The notes: a model not told the origin generated them from the letters alone. Positions 21,609 through 32,598 are shown, counted from the first letter of the stretch. The stretch: 64,000 nucleotides of DNA from an uncultured Gammaproteobacteria bacterium (GCA_902535975.1 CACAVP010000001.1:6352-70351); one strand, 5' to 3'. Made by a program: numbers and translations.

Positions 21609-22412
21609 CTAATAGGTAAAAAACACTTGATTGTTAGCTATCGTGTAATCATTAATAAGTAATTTCGTACTCTCTGACGATAACCAGTCAAACAATAATT
21701 TTGCTTGAAGATAATTGTTATCAGGGCATTTATCAGGATTGATCAGTATTAAGCCATATGGGTTCTGCATGAGTTTTTTATTGCTGAATAGAACACTATG
21801 ATTTTGTTTATTTGAAAATTTTATCCATGTAGATCTGTCTACAATAGTATAGGCATTAAGTGATATTGCGATATTAAGAGATTGCCCCATTCCTTGACCT
21901 GTTTCAAAGTACCATGATCCACTGAATATGCGCGGATCAATCTTAGCAGCATCCCATATTTTTTTCTCTGCAGCATTCGTCCCACTCGAATCAGCTCGTG
22001 ACACAAAATTTGATTTTTTGGTGTATATTTTTAAAAATGCCTCGTCTGGAGATAAAGATTTTCTGATATCAGCTGGATCATTGCTGGGTCCAACAATAAT
22101 GAAATCATTATACATTAGGATATGTCGTTTGATTCCATACCCTTGTTTCATAAATTGTTTTTCTCTTTTTTCATCATGTACAATCAATAAGTCTCCATCA
22201 CAATTTTTAGAGTTTCTAATAGCTTGACCTGTTCCAACTGCTATAGTCTTTATTACAAGCGAATCATATTTAGGATATTTAGGGAGAAGATATTTATATA
22301 ATCCAGAGTCTCTCGTTGATGTTGTAGACTGAATAATTACCTCACTTGAATGAGAATTCAGAGAGAAGAAAATAATTATTAATAATAGCAAATTATTATA
22401 TCTAATTTTCAT
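21609..22412 (-). CDS. tupA: ABC transporter periplasmic binding protein, tungstate/molybdate TupA-like
   Basis: Signal peptide. TTSTRDSGL motif characteristic of TupA-type oxyanion binders. Confidence 0.55.
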   Translation of the reverse strand: MKIRYNNLLLLIIIFFSLNSHSSEVIIQSTTSTRDSGLYKYLLPKYPKYDSLVIKTIAVGTGQAIRNSKNCDGDLLIVHDEKREKQFMKQGYGIKRHILMYNDFIIVGPSNDPADIRKSLSPDEAFLKIYTKKSNFVSRADSSGTNAAEKKIWDAAKIDPRIFSGSWYFETGQGMGQSLNIAISLNAYTIVDRSTWIKFSNKQNHSVLFSNKKLMQNPYGLILINPDKCPDNNYLQAKLLFDWLSSESTKLLINDYTIANNQVFFTY

Positions 22413-23031
22413 AATGAATCTCGCTATTACTATATAAGTGAATATTACGATGATTTATATTATTTTTTATCCTTGCATCATGAGTAATCATATAAATCTT
22501 TGTATTAGATGCAATAAGGTTAGTTATTATCTTCATTATCATTTCTATATGTTCGCTATCAAGATTATTAGATGGTTCATCATAATATAAAACTTGAGGA
22601 TCTAAAATCAAAGATCTTAATAATGATACAAGCTGTATTTCACCACCTGACAAAGCACGAATTTTTTTCTGCAGGAGATAATCAAGATTATGAGCAGAAA
22701 CCATATTCTCGATTATTTCAGATCTATATTTTGCTTCTATTGATTTACAATAAAGTGCATGGAAAAGATTATTATAAACAGTATTATTCAGAAAAATAGG
22801 ATTTTGAAAGACAAATGCTTTTCTGATATCGCTTTTTTCAAACCTTTCTACTCTACCAGATGTTGGCGTATAAAGACCATACAATATTTTCATCAATGTA
22901 GTCTTACCTACTCCATTATTACCAGTAATTATTGTAAGTGGAGAGTCTTCAATATTTATTGATATATCCTCTAAAATATTAGTCTTGTTCGCTGAATAAA
23001 AAAGTTTTTTTATCTTGAATGAAAAATTCAT
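22402..23031 (-). CDS. tupC: ABC transporter ATP-binding protein (TupC-like)
   Basis: Walker A GNNGVGKTT. LSGGE signature. Walker B. Confidence 0.7.
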   Translation of the reverse strand: MNFSFKIKKLFYSANKTNILEDISINIEDSPLTIITGNNGVGKTTLMKILYGLYTPTSGRVERFEKSDIRKAFVFQNPIFLNNTVYNNLFHALYCKSIEAKYRSEIIENMVSAHNLDYLLQKKIRALSGGEIQLVSLLRSLILDPQVLYYDEPSNNLDSEHIEMIMKIITNLIASNTKIYMITHDARIKNNINHRNIHLYSNSEIHYEN

Positions 23032-23687
23032 AGATAAACTCTCTTAATTAAAAAAATAATGAGATTAATTATTATTGCTATGAAGATAAGCGATAATCCT
23101 AGATACATTGCTAATTCTAGTTCACCACGTGAGGTTTCTAGTACAATACTAGTTGTCATTACCCTGGATATGTTTGATATGTTACCACCAACTATGATTA
23201 CTGCTCCAACTTCTGATAATGCGCGCCCTAGACCTGTCATTGATACTATTACTAAATCAAATCGTGTTTCAAGTATTATGGTATTTATAATCTTTCCTCT
23301 AGATGCATTTAAAGATGACATATATTCACTTATTTCATGAAATTTATTTTCAAAAATAGTATACAGTAATGATGTTATTATTGGTGTGATAATTATGAAC
23401 TGAGCTATTATCATTATTGTCGGGCTGTAGAGAATATCTAGAAATCCCAGAACACCAGAATTAGAAAATATAATATATAGAAACAGACCTACTACTACTG
23501 GAGGAAGACTCATTAATGAGTTCACAATCAATAGAATAAAGCCTTTTCCTCGAAAATTATTTAATAATAAATATGATGACAAAAGAAGAGAGAATAGAAA
23601 TGCGAGGACTGTCGCAAAAACTGAGACATATAATGATAGTTGGATGATTTCAATGTATTCGTTAGTTAAAATACTAAGATAACTCAT
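23028..23687 (-). CDS. tupB: ABC transporter permease (TupB-like)
   Basis: Six hydrophobic helices. EAA-like loop. Overlaps the ATPase gene. Confidence 0.6.
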   Translation of the reverse strand: MSYLSILTNEYIEIIQLSLYVSVFATVLAFLFSLLLSSYLLLNNFRGKGFILLIVNSLMSLPPVVVGLFLYIIFSNSGVLGFLDILYSPTIMIIAQFIIITPIITSLLYTIFENKFHEISEYMSSLNASRGKIINTIILETRFDLVIVSMTGLGRALSEVGAVIIVGGNISNISRVMTTSIVLETSRGELELAMYLGLSLIFIAIIINLIIFLIKRVYL

Positions 23688-23691
23688 GATA

Positions 23692-24405
23692 CTAAATCGG
23701 ATGTTTTAAGTGGTACTTGATCATACTTAGAATATGTATTAATAAATACTTTATAGACTTACTGCTCTCTCTTGCGCCATGATGTTTAACTTCAAATTGA
23801 CTGGTAAGAAGTATTCTCTCATTTGTAGAGTGAACTCTTTTGCATATATCAACATCCTCATAGTAAAGAAAAAACTGTTCATCGAAACCTCCTATATTTC
23901 TAAATAAACTACTCTCGAATAACATGAACATACCTGATATCCAGTCCACATCATAAACTTTCTTTTCACTAAAAGAATATTCGCTTTTCTTTTTAAAAAT
24001 TCTTTTAAAAGGAGTCAGGATAGACGGAAACATTCGTGCGTTGTCATTATGAGATCCATTATTTGTCACACTTATCGGCGATATTAGTTTAGTATTTGTA
24101 GATACTAATATCTTAATAAGTTCATTTATCATATTAGCCTCGATTTGAACATCAGGATTCAAAATTAAAAAATATTTTGAATCTGATAATGAAAACGCAT
24201 AATTATGATTTTCTCCGAATCCTTTAATTTGAGTATTTCTAACGATTAGTACTCTTTTATTATTTGTATATTTCCTTATAATATTTTCATCTTCACTTAC
24301 ATTTATAGTAAGTATGATCCTTACCTCAGTATTATTGATTAGCTCATCCAACAAGTTTTTTATCATCATGAGTTGTTTATGAGATACTATAGAAACCGTG
24401 ATCAT
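23692..24405 (-). CDS. glycosyltransferase family 2 (rhamnosyltransferase-like)
   Basis: GT-A fold with NPD and YYEDVD (DxD) motifs. 237 aa. Confidence 0.65.
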   Translation of the reverse strand: MITVSIVSHKQLMMIKNLLDELINNTEVRIILTINVSEDENIIRKYTNNKRVLIVRNTQIKGFGENHNYAFSLSDSKYFLILNPDVQIEANMINELIKILVSTNTKLISPISVTNNGSHNDNARMFPSILTPFKRIFKKKSEYSFSEKKVYDVDWISGMFMLFESSLFRNIGGFDEQFFLYYEDVDICKRVHSTNERILLTSQFEVKHHGARESSKSIKYLLIHILSMIKYHLKHPI

Positions 24406-25271
24406 CGAATGTAATTATCCTTTTGTAATAATTGATCTACATAATAACGCCAGTCTTTGATTTGTATTTTAGAAATGTTTCTTAATTTATCATTATCCAA
24501 AACACTATAAAGTGGTCTTCTAGCCGCTAAATCAAGCTTATCCGTACTTATTTTACTAATTTTGATAGAATTAGTATCATTGTCTTTCAGTTTATTATAT
24601 ATGTACATTGCAAATTCATACCATGATGTATTGCCGTTAGGAACAACATTATATATTCCAAAACATGTTTTATCATTATTAATGATATCTAAAACTACTT
24701 TTGCAATAAAGTGAGATGATGTTGGCACGCCAAACTGATCATCAACAATTTTTAAATTATTATTGTTATCTATTGATTGGATTATTTTTGCTAAAAAATT
24801 TCCTTCATACTCTGAATATACCCATGATGTTCTAAATATGAAATATTTATCATGATTTTGAATAATATTTAAATCGCCCTGCTGTTTAGAATATCCATAA
24901 TAATTTATAGGATCCATCTCGGAATCCTCTTTGTAAGGATCAATTGATGCACCAGAAAAAACATAATCACTAGAGAAGTGAATTAATACTATTCCTTTAT
25001 CAGAGCAATATTTTGCTAGGAACTCAGGAAGTTTAGCATTTATTTGATAAGACAATTCTTTATTATTTTCAGCTTCATCAACTTTAGTGTAGGCAGCCGC
25101 ATTTATTATCATTTGTGGATTAAAGGATGATACATGATATGTAAGAGCTTTATAATTTAAGAAATTGAAATCTTTTTTTGAACATGATGATAAAACATGG
25201 TTATCATTAGCAATTATTTTTTGAAGATCCTTCCCTATTTGTCCTTGATTTCCCAATAATAATATTTTCAT
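24402..25271 (-). CDS. rfbD: dTDP-4-dehydrorhamnose reductase
   Basis: ILLLGNQGQIGKDL Rossmann fold. RmlD length and YxxxK. Confidence 0.8.
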   Translation of the reverse strand: MKILLLGNQGQIGKDLQKIIANDNHVLSSCSKKDFNFLNYKALTYHVSSFNPQMIINAAAYTKVDEAENNKELSYQINAKLPEFLAKYCSDKGIVLIHFSSDYVFSGASIDPYKEDSEMDPINYYGYSKQQGDLNIIQNHDKYFIFRTSWVYSEYEGNFLAKIIQSIDNNNNLKIVDDQFGVPTSSHFIAKVVLDIINNDKTCFGIYNVVPNGNTSWYEFAMYIYNKLKDNDTNSIKISKISTDKLDLAARRPLYSVLDNDKLRNISKIQIKDWRYYVDQLLQKDNYIR

Positions 25272-26500
25272 ATTTTTGATACATGTATCTTATTAATTTG
25301 AGAAGCAAAAAAAATTATAAGGACAAGAAAGAATACTACTGCTTGATGATGAGTAAATTGAGTTTGTGTCATCATATAACCAAACTGTGAAATCAAAACT
25401 GATAGGCCTGATATACTAAAATAAGACGCTTCGTTATCCAAATGTTTGCTAAAAAATCTATATAATAATAGATAAAAGATCAATAAGCCTATTATCCCAA
25501 TAAAACCTGCTTTAACCCCAATATCTAGGAAATCATTGTGGGGATGATCTCTTGCTTCGATTCTAATATTCCTCTCGAAACTCTTATCTTTAACTATTTT
25601 TTCGAATTTATTAAACCCAACTCCAATTAATTTATTTTCTTTGATAATATCAAAAGCCGTATCAATGAAAAATACTCTTTCTTTAATAGAATTATCTATA
25701 TTTGATATATATACGGTATCGTTTTGAACTAAGTTTGAAATATTCACAGCATATAGTTGGAATTTTGTACTTAATGGAGTAAGAGACAGAATAAAGATTA
25801 AACCTATCATACTTGCAGTATTTTTAAGGGAGATCCTCATCAAGCCTTTATAAAGTAAATATATCAGAAATAATGCTAAACCAATTAATGAACCAACTGT
25901 CATTGAGAAGGACCATGACAATAAAGATGAGATTAACCCAAGAAATATAAATCTTTTACCTATTTTACAGTCTGAAAGTAAAGCACAGATGTTAAGAATA
26001 AATAATGTCATGCATAAATTTCCATACGTAATAGCTGAGCTAGAGACAGGGTTTAATCGATTTGGATAATCTCTATTAATGCGCTGATCAAATGTAATTT
26101 TATCTTCTGAAAGATAATATATTCCAGAAGATAACAGAGATAGTACAGATAAAATGATTATGACTTTGATAAATGTATTTTCATCAAATTTAATAGAGGA
26201 TAACATTAAATAAATTGGCAATAATAAAATTAGTCTTGAATAATTGTCAAATTCGTTTAACTGTGCTGAGTGGTAAATAAGGGCAAAAGCTATAATCAGA
26301 AACAGTTGAACAAAAGGTATAAAGAAATCTTTAGTGTTTCCTAATTTAAGATTACTCCTACTATCATATAAAAAAATCATAGATGAAATTAATAGGAGTA
26401 TTAATAAAAAATTAGCGATTGATCTGTCGATGAAATTGAAAACAAGAAAAGATATAAAAAGAAATGGAACGAGATTATCGGTATATTTTGTAGATAGCAA
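25268..26500 (-). CDS. O-antigen ligase/polymerase family membrane protein (Wzy_C domain)
   Basis: ~10 TM helices. HPHNDFLDIGVKAGFIGIIG loop motif typical of Wzy/WaaL. Confidence 0.6.
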   Translation of the reverse strand: MLSTKYTDNLVPFLFISFLVFNFIDRSIANFLLILLLISSMIFLYDSRSNLKLGNTKDFFIPFVQLFLIIAFALIYHSAQLNEFDNYSRLILLLPIYLMLSSIKFDENTFIKVIIILSVLSLLSSGIYYLSEDKITFDQRINRDYPNRLNPVSSSAITYGNLCMTLFILNICALLSDCKIGKRFIFLGLISSLLSWSFSMTVGSLIGLALFLIYLLYKGLMRISLKNTASMIGLIFILSLTPLSTKFQLYAVNISNLVQNDTVYISNIDNSIKERVFFIDTAFDIIKENKLIGVGFNKFEKIVKDKSFERNIRIEARDHPHNDFLDIGVKAGFIGIIGLLIFYLLLYRFFSKHLDNEASYFSISGLSVLISQFGYMMTQTQFTHHQAVVFFLVLIIFFASQINKIHVSKI

Positions 26501-26502
26501 TT

Positions 26503-28176
26503 CTAGAACAAGCCAACAATGTTGCCGTCATCATCAATATCTATCCGCTCAGCTGCTGGTATTTTTGGCAAACCAGGCATAGTCATTATGTCACCACAGA
26601 CCATAACAATAAATTCAGCTCCAGCAGACAGCCTTACTTCCCTGATTGGTATCTCATGATTATCTGGTGCGCCTCTAAGAGACGGATCAGTGGAGAAGGA
26701 ATACTGCGTCTTGGCCACACATACCGGAAACTCGCCGTATCCATTATTCTGTAATTCCTCGATTTGTTTTTTTACTGAAGCACTTGCTGTTATGCTTGAA
26801 GCGCCATATATTTTTTTAGCAATCGTCTCCATTTTGTCCCATAACGGCATCTCGTCAGGGTATAAGAAATTAAAATTGTTATCTGATGATTCAATGGTTT
26901 CAACTACAGTCTTAGCAAGCTCCTCAGCTCCTTTTCCTCCGTGAGCCCAATGAGTGGAAGATACAATTGGAACATCAAGTTCACTTGATTTTTTCTTAAG
27001 TAATTCTCTCTCTTTATCTGTATCGAAACTAAAGCCATTTATACCAACTACAACAGGTAGACCGTAGTTATTTTTGATGTTATTAACATGTCTTTCTAGG
27101 TTACTCATTCCTTTCTCAAGATAGTCTATGCCCTCCTCATTGAGGTTTTCAAGTGAGCAGCCACCATGATATTTTAAAGCTCTAATGGTAGCAACTAAGA
27201 CTACAGCAGAGGGTTTTAGATCTGCTTTTCTACATTTAATATCTAAAAATTTTTCAGCACCTAAGTCTGCTCCAAACCCAGCTTCAGTAACAACGAAGTC
27301 TGCAAGCTTAAGCGAAGCTTTAGTAGCAATCACAGAATTACAGCCATGCGCAATATTAGCGAAAGGACCTCCATGAATCACAGCAGGGTTATTTTCTAGA
27401 GTTTGTACTAGATTAGGTTTTAAAGCATCTTTAAGTAACACTGTCATCGCGCCGTCAGCGTTAATATCTTTTGCTAAAATTGGCTTTTTATCTCTTGTGT
27501 ATGCTATTACTATTTTGCCTAGCCTATTTTTTAGATCACCTATTGACGTAGCTAGACAAAATATTGCCATTATTTCAGAAGCTACAACTATATCGAATCC
27601 ATCCTGACGCGGATATCCATTACCTATAGATCCCAGAGAGCAAACAGTACTTCTTAAAGCTCTATCATTCATATCAAGAACTCTTTTCCATGATACCCTC
27701 CTTACGTCTATACCAAGTTTATTTCCATGGTGAATGTGATTATCAAGCATAGCTGCAAGAAGATTGTTTGCTAGCTGGATTGCATTGAAATCTCCGGTAA
27801 AATGAAGATTAATATCTTCCATTGGTATAACTTGTGCCATACCCCCGCCTGCTGCACCACCTTTCATACCAAATACAGGCCCTAGTGAAGGCTCTCTGAT
27901 GGTGACAAGCGCTTTCTTACCAATGAGGTTTAAAGCGTCTCCAAGACCTACAGAGGTAGTTGTTTTTCCTTCTCCAGCTGGGGTTGGGCTAATAGCAGTA
28001 ACTAAAATAAGCTTGCCATCAGGTTTATTTCCAAGAGATTTAATATAATCAAGTGATATCTTAGCTTTGTAGTGTCCAAAGGGCTCGAGTGAATCAATTG
28101 GTATATCAAGCTTCTCCGCGATGCTACCGATTCTTTCTGGACTCGCTGCCTGGGCTATTTCAATATCAGATTTCAT
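26503..28176 (-). CDS. fhs: formate--tetrahydrofolate ligase
   Basis: Full-length [17 protein letters not shown]-loop. 557 aa. Confidence 0.9.
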   Translation of the reverse strand: MKSDIEIAQAASPERIGSIAEKLDIPIDSLEPFGHYKAKISLDYIKSLGNKPDGKLILVTAISPTPAGEGKTTTSVGLGDALNLIGKKALVTIREPSLGPVFGMKGGAAGGGMAQVIPMEDINLHFTGDFNAIQLANNLLAAMLDNHIHHGNKLGIDVRRVSWKRVLDMNDRALRSTVCSLGSIGNGYPRQDGFDIVVASEIMAIFCLATSIGDLKNRLGKIVIAYTRDKKPILAKDINADGAMTVLLKDALKPNLVQTLENNPAVIHGGPFANIAHGCNSVIATKASLKLADFVVTEAGFGADLGAEKFLDIKCRKADLKPSAVVLVATIRALKYHGGCSLENLNEEGIDYLEKGMSNLERHVNNIKNNYGLPVVVGINGFSFDTDKERELLKKKSSELDVPIVSSTHWAHGGKGAEELAKTVVETIESSDNNFNFLYPDEMPLWDKMETIAKKIYGASSITASASVKKQIEELQNNGYGEFPVCVAKTQYSFSTDPSLRGAPDNHEIPIREVRLSAGAEFIVMVCGDIMTMPGLPKIPAAERIDIDDDGNIVGLF

Positions 28177-28219
28177 TAGAATAATATTAACAGAAAAAAT
28201 AGGCTAATTACAATTAGGT

Positions 28220-29329
28220 CTAATCAATTCCTCTATTATTTATAACTTTTCTCAAGTTATCAGATTTAGAATAAGGGCTATCAACATCATCAATCATCAA
28301 TGGTTTACTCGCTTTAAGATCTTTTAGGATTATAGTTTCATTTACTATCTCACGACACGACAGCTGTCCCTTGACTAATGGAATAGCTAATTTAAAAAGA
28401 TCGTTAAAATTATCACTAGATATTTTTGTACCTTTAGGGATATCTTTCCTCATATAGATTCCTCTCACTAGTTCATCGAGATAAACAGTCTCTCTATTTG
28501 ATATGATGCGCCTCGAGGTGGAATTGCCACCGCAAATTTCTCTTGCTTTTTGGTATGCTTGAAACCACTCATGTATATTATCGGGTATAGAATTATACTT
28601 TGACACCGCTACACCGCCTTCATTAATATCGATATGTCTTTCCCATGTTCTAGCCCCCTTGGCATACGATGCAATCATTGAATTGGTCCAATTATGATAT
28701 TCATGTGATGAGAAACCAATGATGTTATTTGGATATCTCTTTCTAAGATAATCAATTTGATCTAACTCCAATTCGTGATCCTCGGAGGGATATAATGATA
28801 CACAGTGATTCACTGCAAGAGGAATATCTCTTTTATTGAAGTAGTCAACTATATTATCAATATCAAGTTCCGACATACCTCCAGTTGATACTATTGTCGG
28901 TAATTTTTTTGATGCTATTTTCTCAATTAATGGCCAATCATTTGCATCAGAACTTGCAATTTTGATAATTGGATAGCCTAGTTCTTCACATACATCAACA
29001 GATTTCTCATCGAAAGGTGTTGCCATAGCGATACATCCTGAACTTATAATTTTATCAGAGAGCTTTTTATAGCTACTTTTGGAAAGTTTTGTTGAAATTG
29101 TTTTTGAAATGTATCTCGATTTTTTATAGTTTTTATAATCATCATGAATAAAATTGTCAACATCTCTAATCTGCAATTTTATTGCTGCTTTAATTTTGTT
29201 ATAACGAACAACTTTTGAATATTGTGAAATGATGCTCTCACCTCTTTTGATATCACCCAGATGATTGTTAGCTAATTCAAGTACAAAAAGATCTTGGAGA
29301 AGTTCTTTACCTTTATTATGTTTTGACAT
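28220..29329 (-). CDS. NeuB-family nonulosonic/ulosonic acid synthase (PEP-aldose condensing), with C-terminal AFP-like domain
   Basis: LELANNHLGDIKRGESII vs NeuB EIGINHEGSL. ATPFDEKSVD...IKIASSD...PTIVSTGGMS...AVNHCVSLYPSE...IGFSSHE...ERHI. C-terminal KGTKISSDNF SAF domain. Confidence 0.75.
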   Translation of the reverse strand: MSKHNKGKELLQDLFVLELANNHLGDIKRGESIISQYSKVVRYNKIKAAIKLQIRDVDNFIHDDYKNYKKSRYISKTISTKLSKSSYKKLSDKIISSGCIAMATPFDEKSVDVCEELGYPIIKIASSDANDWPLIEKIASKKLPTIVSTGGMSELDIDNIVDYFNKRDIPLAVNHCVSLYPSEDHELELDQIDYLRKRYPNNIIGFSSHEYHNWTNSMIASYAKGARTWERHIDINEGGVAVSKYNSIPDNIHEWFQAYQKAREICGGNSTSRRIISNRETVYLDELVRGIYMRKDIPKGTKISSDNFNDLFKLAIPLVKGQLSCREIVNETIILKDLKASKPLMIDDVDSPYSKSDNLRKVINNRGID

Positions 29330-29431
29330 GACTCACCCCGAGCTACAATAATTTCTGAGGTTAACATTTGTAGCTTATTATTTCAAATCGAAATTTATTT
29401 CAGAAGAAAAAAGAGTGTATTATATAAAAAA

Positions 29432-30376
29432 TTAATCATCATCAAAATTAATTCTCTTTTCTTCGATGATTATTGGTCTGTTATTTATATAACGTAATAT
29501 ATGAGCAAGATATTCTCCAATAAATCCAATTACAAGAAATAATGCACCAAATAAGAATGACGTGAGTATGATCAATGGCGCAATACCAGCAGAAAAATCT
29601 GACCAAAAGATTAACTTTTTGAAAAAATAATATATACCTATTAGTATGCTTATAAAACTAATGATAAAACCAAAAAAACTTATGATTCTCAAGGGGACTA
29701 TAGAATTACTAATAATTCCTAACATACCTATGTCATAGAGTGTATAGAGATTATTTTTAGTAACACCCTTCTCTCTCCTATTTTGTGTAAATTCAATTAG
29801 TTTAGGTTTAAATCCTAATTCAGTAATCATTCCTCTCAAGTACGGATATGGATCATTTATTTTCTTAATAATATCTATAAATCTTTTTGAATATATACCA
29901 AAACCAGTAGAGTGATGAATAATGTCGTGTTCTGTAATTTTCTTTAAAAATGTGTAATACAAACCTCGTATTTTATGAAATAAAAAATTTGTTTTAGATC
30001 TAGTTTTCACTCCTAAAACTACCTCATCACCTTTAAGCCAAGCATCTACTAACTCAGGGATTAATTCAGGAGGGTCTTGCATATCAGATGCAAGATATAA
30101 CACAGCGTCTGAATTCGTCTGCATCATGGCCCAATATGGTGATCTTATATGCCCAAAATTTCTTTTATTAAAAATAAGCTTTAGTTTTTTGTCTTTAGAG
30201 GCAAGTTTCTCCAACAAAGATCTAGTATCATCTGTACTGGCGTTATCAATAATCAGCACGTCAATATCAATATCACTAATCTTGGATATATTCTTCTTAA
30301 CTGAAGTATAGAAATCTTGAATTATTTCTGCTTCGTTATAACAAGCTGATACAATTGTAAGTGTTTTATTTGGCAT
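29432..30376 (-). CDS. polyprenyl-phosphate sugar synthase (GtrB/ArnC/DPM1-type GT2 with two C-terminal TM helices)
   Basis: TIVSACYNEAE, DNASTDDT and DMQDPP motifs plus C-terminal hydrophobic hairpin. Confidence 0.75.
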   Translation of the reverse strand: MPNKTLTIVSACYNEAEIIQDFYTSVKKNISKISDIDIDVLIIDNASTDDTRSLLEKLASKDKKLKLIFNKRNFGHIRSPYWAMMQTNSDAVLYLASDMQDPPELIPELVDAWLKGDEVVLGVKTRSKTNFLFHKIRGLYYTFLKKITEHDIIHHSTGFGIYSKRFIDIIKKINDPYPYLRGMITELGFKPKLIEFTQNRREKGVTKNNLYTLYDIGMLGIISNSIVPLRIISFFGFIISFISILIGIYYFFKKLIFWSDFSAGIAPLIILTSFLFGALFLVIGFIGEYLAHILRYINNRPIIIEEKRINFDDD

Positions 30377-31379
30377 TTTTAGATTTATCCATAGATGATA
30401 CTCTGATTTTTAACAATAGTTTAGAGATTAACAAAAAAATATCTCCATATCTGATTCTTGATAGCGCAATAACTGAAACACCATAAATCAGCGCAGCCCA
30501 TCGAGGCAATATAACAATCGGTCTTATAATCCTATATGATAGGTATCTACTCAAAGAGCTATCAAATTCAATGAGATTATCAATGGAAATGTGATTTAAC
30601 CTTCTATATAAAAAATATTGCGAATAAAATAAAAGGATAGTTTTTATGAGTACTTTTTTATAAATATCACTGTCTAGGTATGATAAAAGTTGTTGACTAT
30701 AGTTGTTAACGAAAATCTCATAGAAATCATAGTTATATTCATAGTTTATTTTTGCAGCAATCATAAATTTTCCAATATACAAGTTATTATTATGACTAGA
30801 TGCTTGTAAAAGTAAATTCAATTGATATAAGGAGGTGTTTTCCGAATGCACAGCATCACTAAAATCAACTAGCTCTCTATTGACTATGATCGAAGAGATG
30901 AAAGTAGATCTATATGATACTTTCTCAATGAAATGATTAAAATCATAAGCATAAGTTAGTTCATTAAAAATGGGTTTTTCATCATATGATTTTTTATACC
31001 CGTAAGAGTTAAGGAATATACATGATAGCTCTTTATCTCTTATTTCTTTGATAAGATATGCTATGCTATCTTCTAGAATATAATCATCGTCTCCAACAAC
31101 CCAAATATACTTTCCGCTAGCTTTTTTGTAACAATTTATAATATTCTTATCGCCACCAATATTTTCTGAATTTTGAATAATCACTAAATGCTGCTTCAGT
31201 GATTTATATTTACTAAGAACATCTAGCTTATAATTAGATGAGTCATTGATTGATACAAGAATTTCTAATTCTATATTTTCATCCATGGCTATGATGTTTG
31301 TTTCAAGTGACTTTATACATAATTCAAAAAGATCTTCTCTCTGATATGTTGGAATACAAATAGATAATAATTTAGACAT
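30366..31379 (-). CDS. glycosyltransferase family 2
   Basis: SICIPTYQRE start. DDDYIL DxD motif. GT-A fold. Confidence 0.65.
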   Translation of the reverse strand: MSKLLSICIPTYQREDLFELCIKSLETNIIAMDENIELEILVSINDSSNYKLDVLSKYKSLKQHLVIIQNSENIGGDKNIINCYKKASGKYIWVVGDDDYILEDSIAYLIKEIRDKELSCIFLNSYGYKKSYDEKPIFNELTYAYDFNHFIEKVSYRSTFISSIIVNRELVDFSDAVHSENTSLYQLNLLLQASSHNNNLYIGKFMIAAKINYEYNYDFYEIFVNNYSQQLLSYLDSDIYKKVLIKTILLFYSQYFLYRRLNHISIDNLIEFDSSLSRYLSYRIIRPIVILPRWAALIYGVSVIALSRIRYGDIFLLISKLLLKIRVSSMDKSKNAK

Positions 31380-32598
31380 TTTTTATTTTGATAATACTTC
31401 TAATTGCTAGTGGTAATACAACAACTAATTGCATCCCAAGCAAAGACACAAGTGGCCCGTAAACTCCGTGTGTCTTGATTGTAATAATACTAAACAGTAA
31501 AATAACTAACGAGCTTAAAGAGTTTATTTTGAATAAAGGGTCAACTAAAAATGATCTTGTATAGATGATCAAGCTACCAATTATCTGATTTATTAGTATT
31601 GCGACTGCTAAAATAATCATTAAGTCAAAACTAAGCATCCTACTAGTTAAAACACTCAAGCTCTCCAAATAATAAAATATTGATATTATAACTACACCAG
31701 GTATGTAGATCTGAAATAACTCTCTAATGCTTTTAATATATATTTGATCTAAATTTCTAAGGTTCTTATTTGTTGCTTCTTGAGTCATGTTTGGAATACT
31801 TAAATGTAGCTTAGATGAGGAAATTAATAATATAGTATTGAGCATAGCTAAAGTTAGACCAAATTGTCCTGATAGTTCAACGGAAAGATAAATAAAAATT
31901 ATAAGTATCTGAAATTGTGTGATGATGTAACCGGCAAGCCAAGATATGCCAACGTGGATAACAAATGTCTCTCTGGGTAATTCGATGGAGTGGCTGGATA
32001 ATACTGAATTTAAATAAACATAAAATAGTCTATTATGTTTTTTTATCAAGTAAAGAATTTGCACTATAACAGCAGATATAGAAATCGCAATAGTAGCTAA
32101 GAGTCCAACAAAATATAAAACAACAATAAAAAAAAATATGATTGATGAAACATTCTGTACCAGTTTAATAAAATAAACTTCTCTTATATGTCCAGTCCCC
32201 TGCAAAATAGCAAATATTGGCATCAAAAATAAAAAAATTGAGGAGGTTAAACACAAGAGCAACCATATTGGTATCCAATTATAGGAAAGATTTTGATCTT
32301 GATAAGAGAAGAATATATAACCAATTATAGTAAAAGAAATAAAAAAAAATACACTGGACTTTAAATATTTAGGTGCAGAATATCTTAATAAATCATCACT
32401 ATTACTAATTTTTGATGATGATAGGTGTAAGAGTGATTCAGAATATCCAAAATCAAATAATGTATAAAATCCCACCATTGTTAAAAATGCATAATACCAA
32501 CCCTGCTCATAGATTGTTAGATAGCTTGTAACAAGAAAAAGAAATAGAATTCCTGTAACTGCATGGACTATTCGCTGTATGAGTATAATATTATTCAT
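31372..32598 (-). CDS. polytopic membrane protein, putative Wzx-type flippase
   Basis: ~12 hydrophobic segments. 408 aa. Position within the glycan cluster. No sequence motif verified. Confidence 0.35.
   Translation of the reverse strand: MNNIILIQRIVHAVTGILFLFLVTSYLTIYEQGWYYAFLTMVGFYTLFDFGYSESLLHLSSSKISNSDDLLRYSAPKYLKSSVFFFISFTIIGYIFFSYQDQNLSYNWIPIWLLLCLTSSIFLFLMPIFAILQGTGHIREVYFIKLVQNVSSIIFFFIVVLYFVGLLATIAISISAVIVQILYLIKKHNRLFYVYLNSVLSSHSIELPRETFVIHVGISWLAGYIITQFQILIIFIYLSVELSGQFGLTLAMLNTILLISSSKLHLSIPNMTQEATNKNLRNLDQIYIKSIRELFQIYIPGVVIISIFYYLESLSVLTSRMLSFDLMIILAVAILINQIIGSLIIYTRSFLVDPLFKINSLSSLVILLFSIITIKTHGVYGPLVSLLGMQLVVVLPLAIRSIIKIKNV

Noticed and set aside
29341-29375. 8-bp inverted repeat AGCTACAA-N19-TTGTAGCT (with central GTTAAC) between the NeuB-like gene start and the upstream GT2 stop
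   Set aside because: No flanking T-tract in either orientation for an intrinsic terminator, and too short to call an operator with confidence. It may be a fortuitous palindrome in AT-rich DNA.
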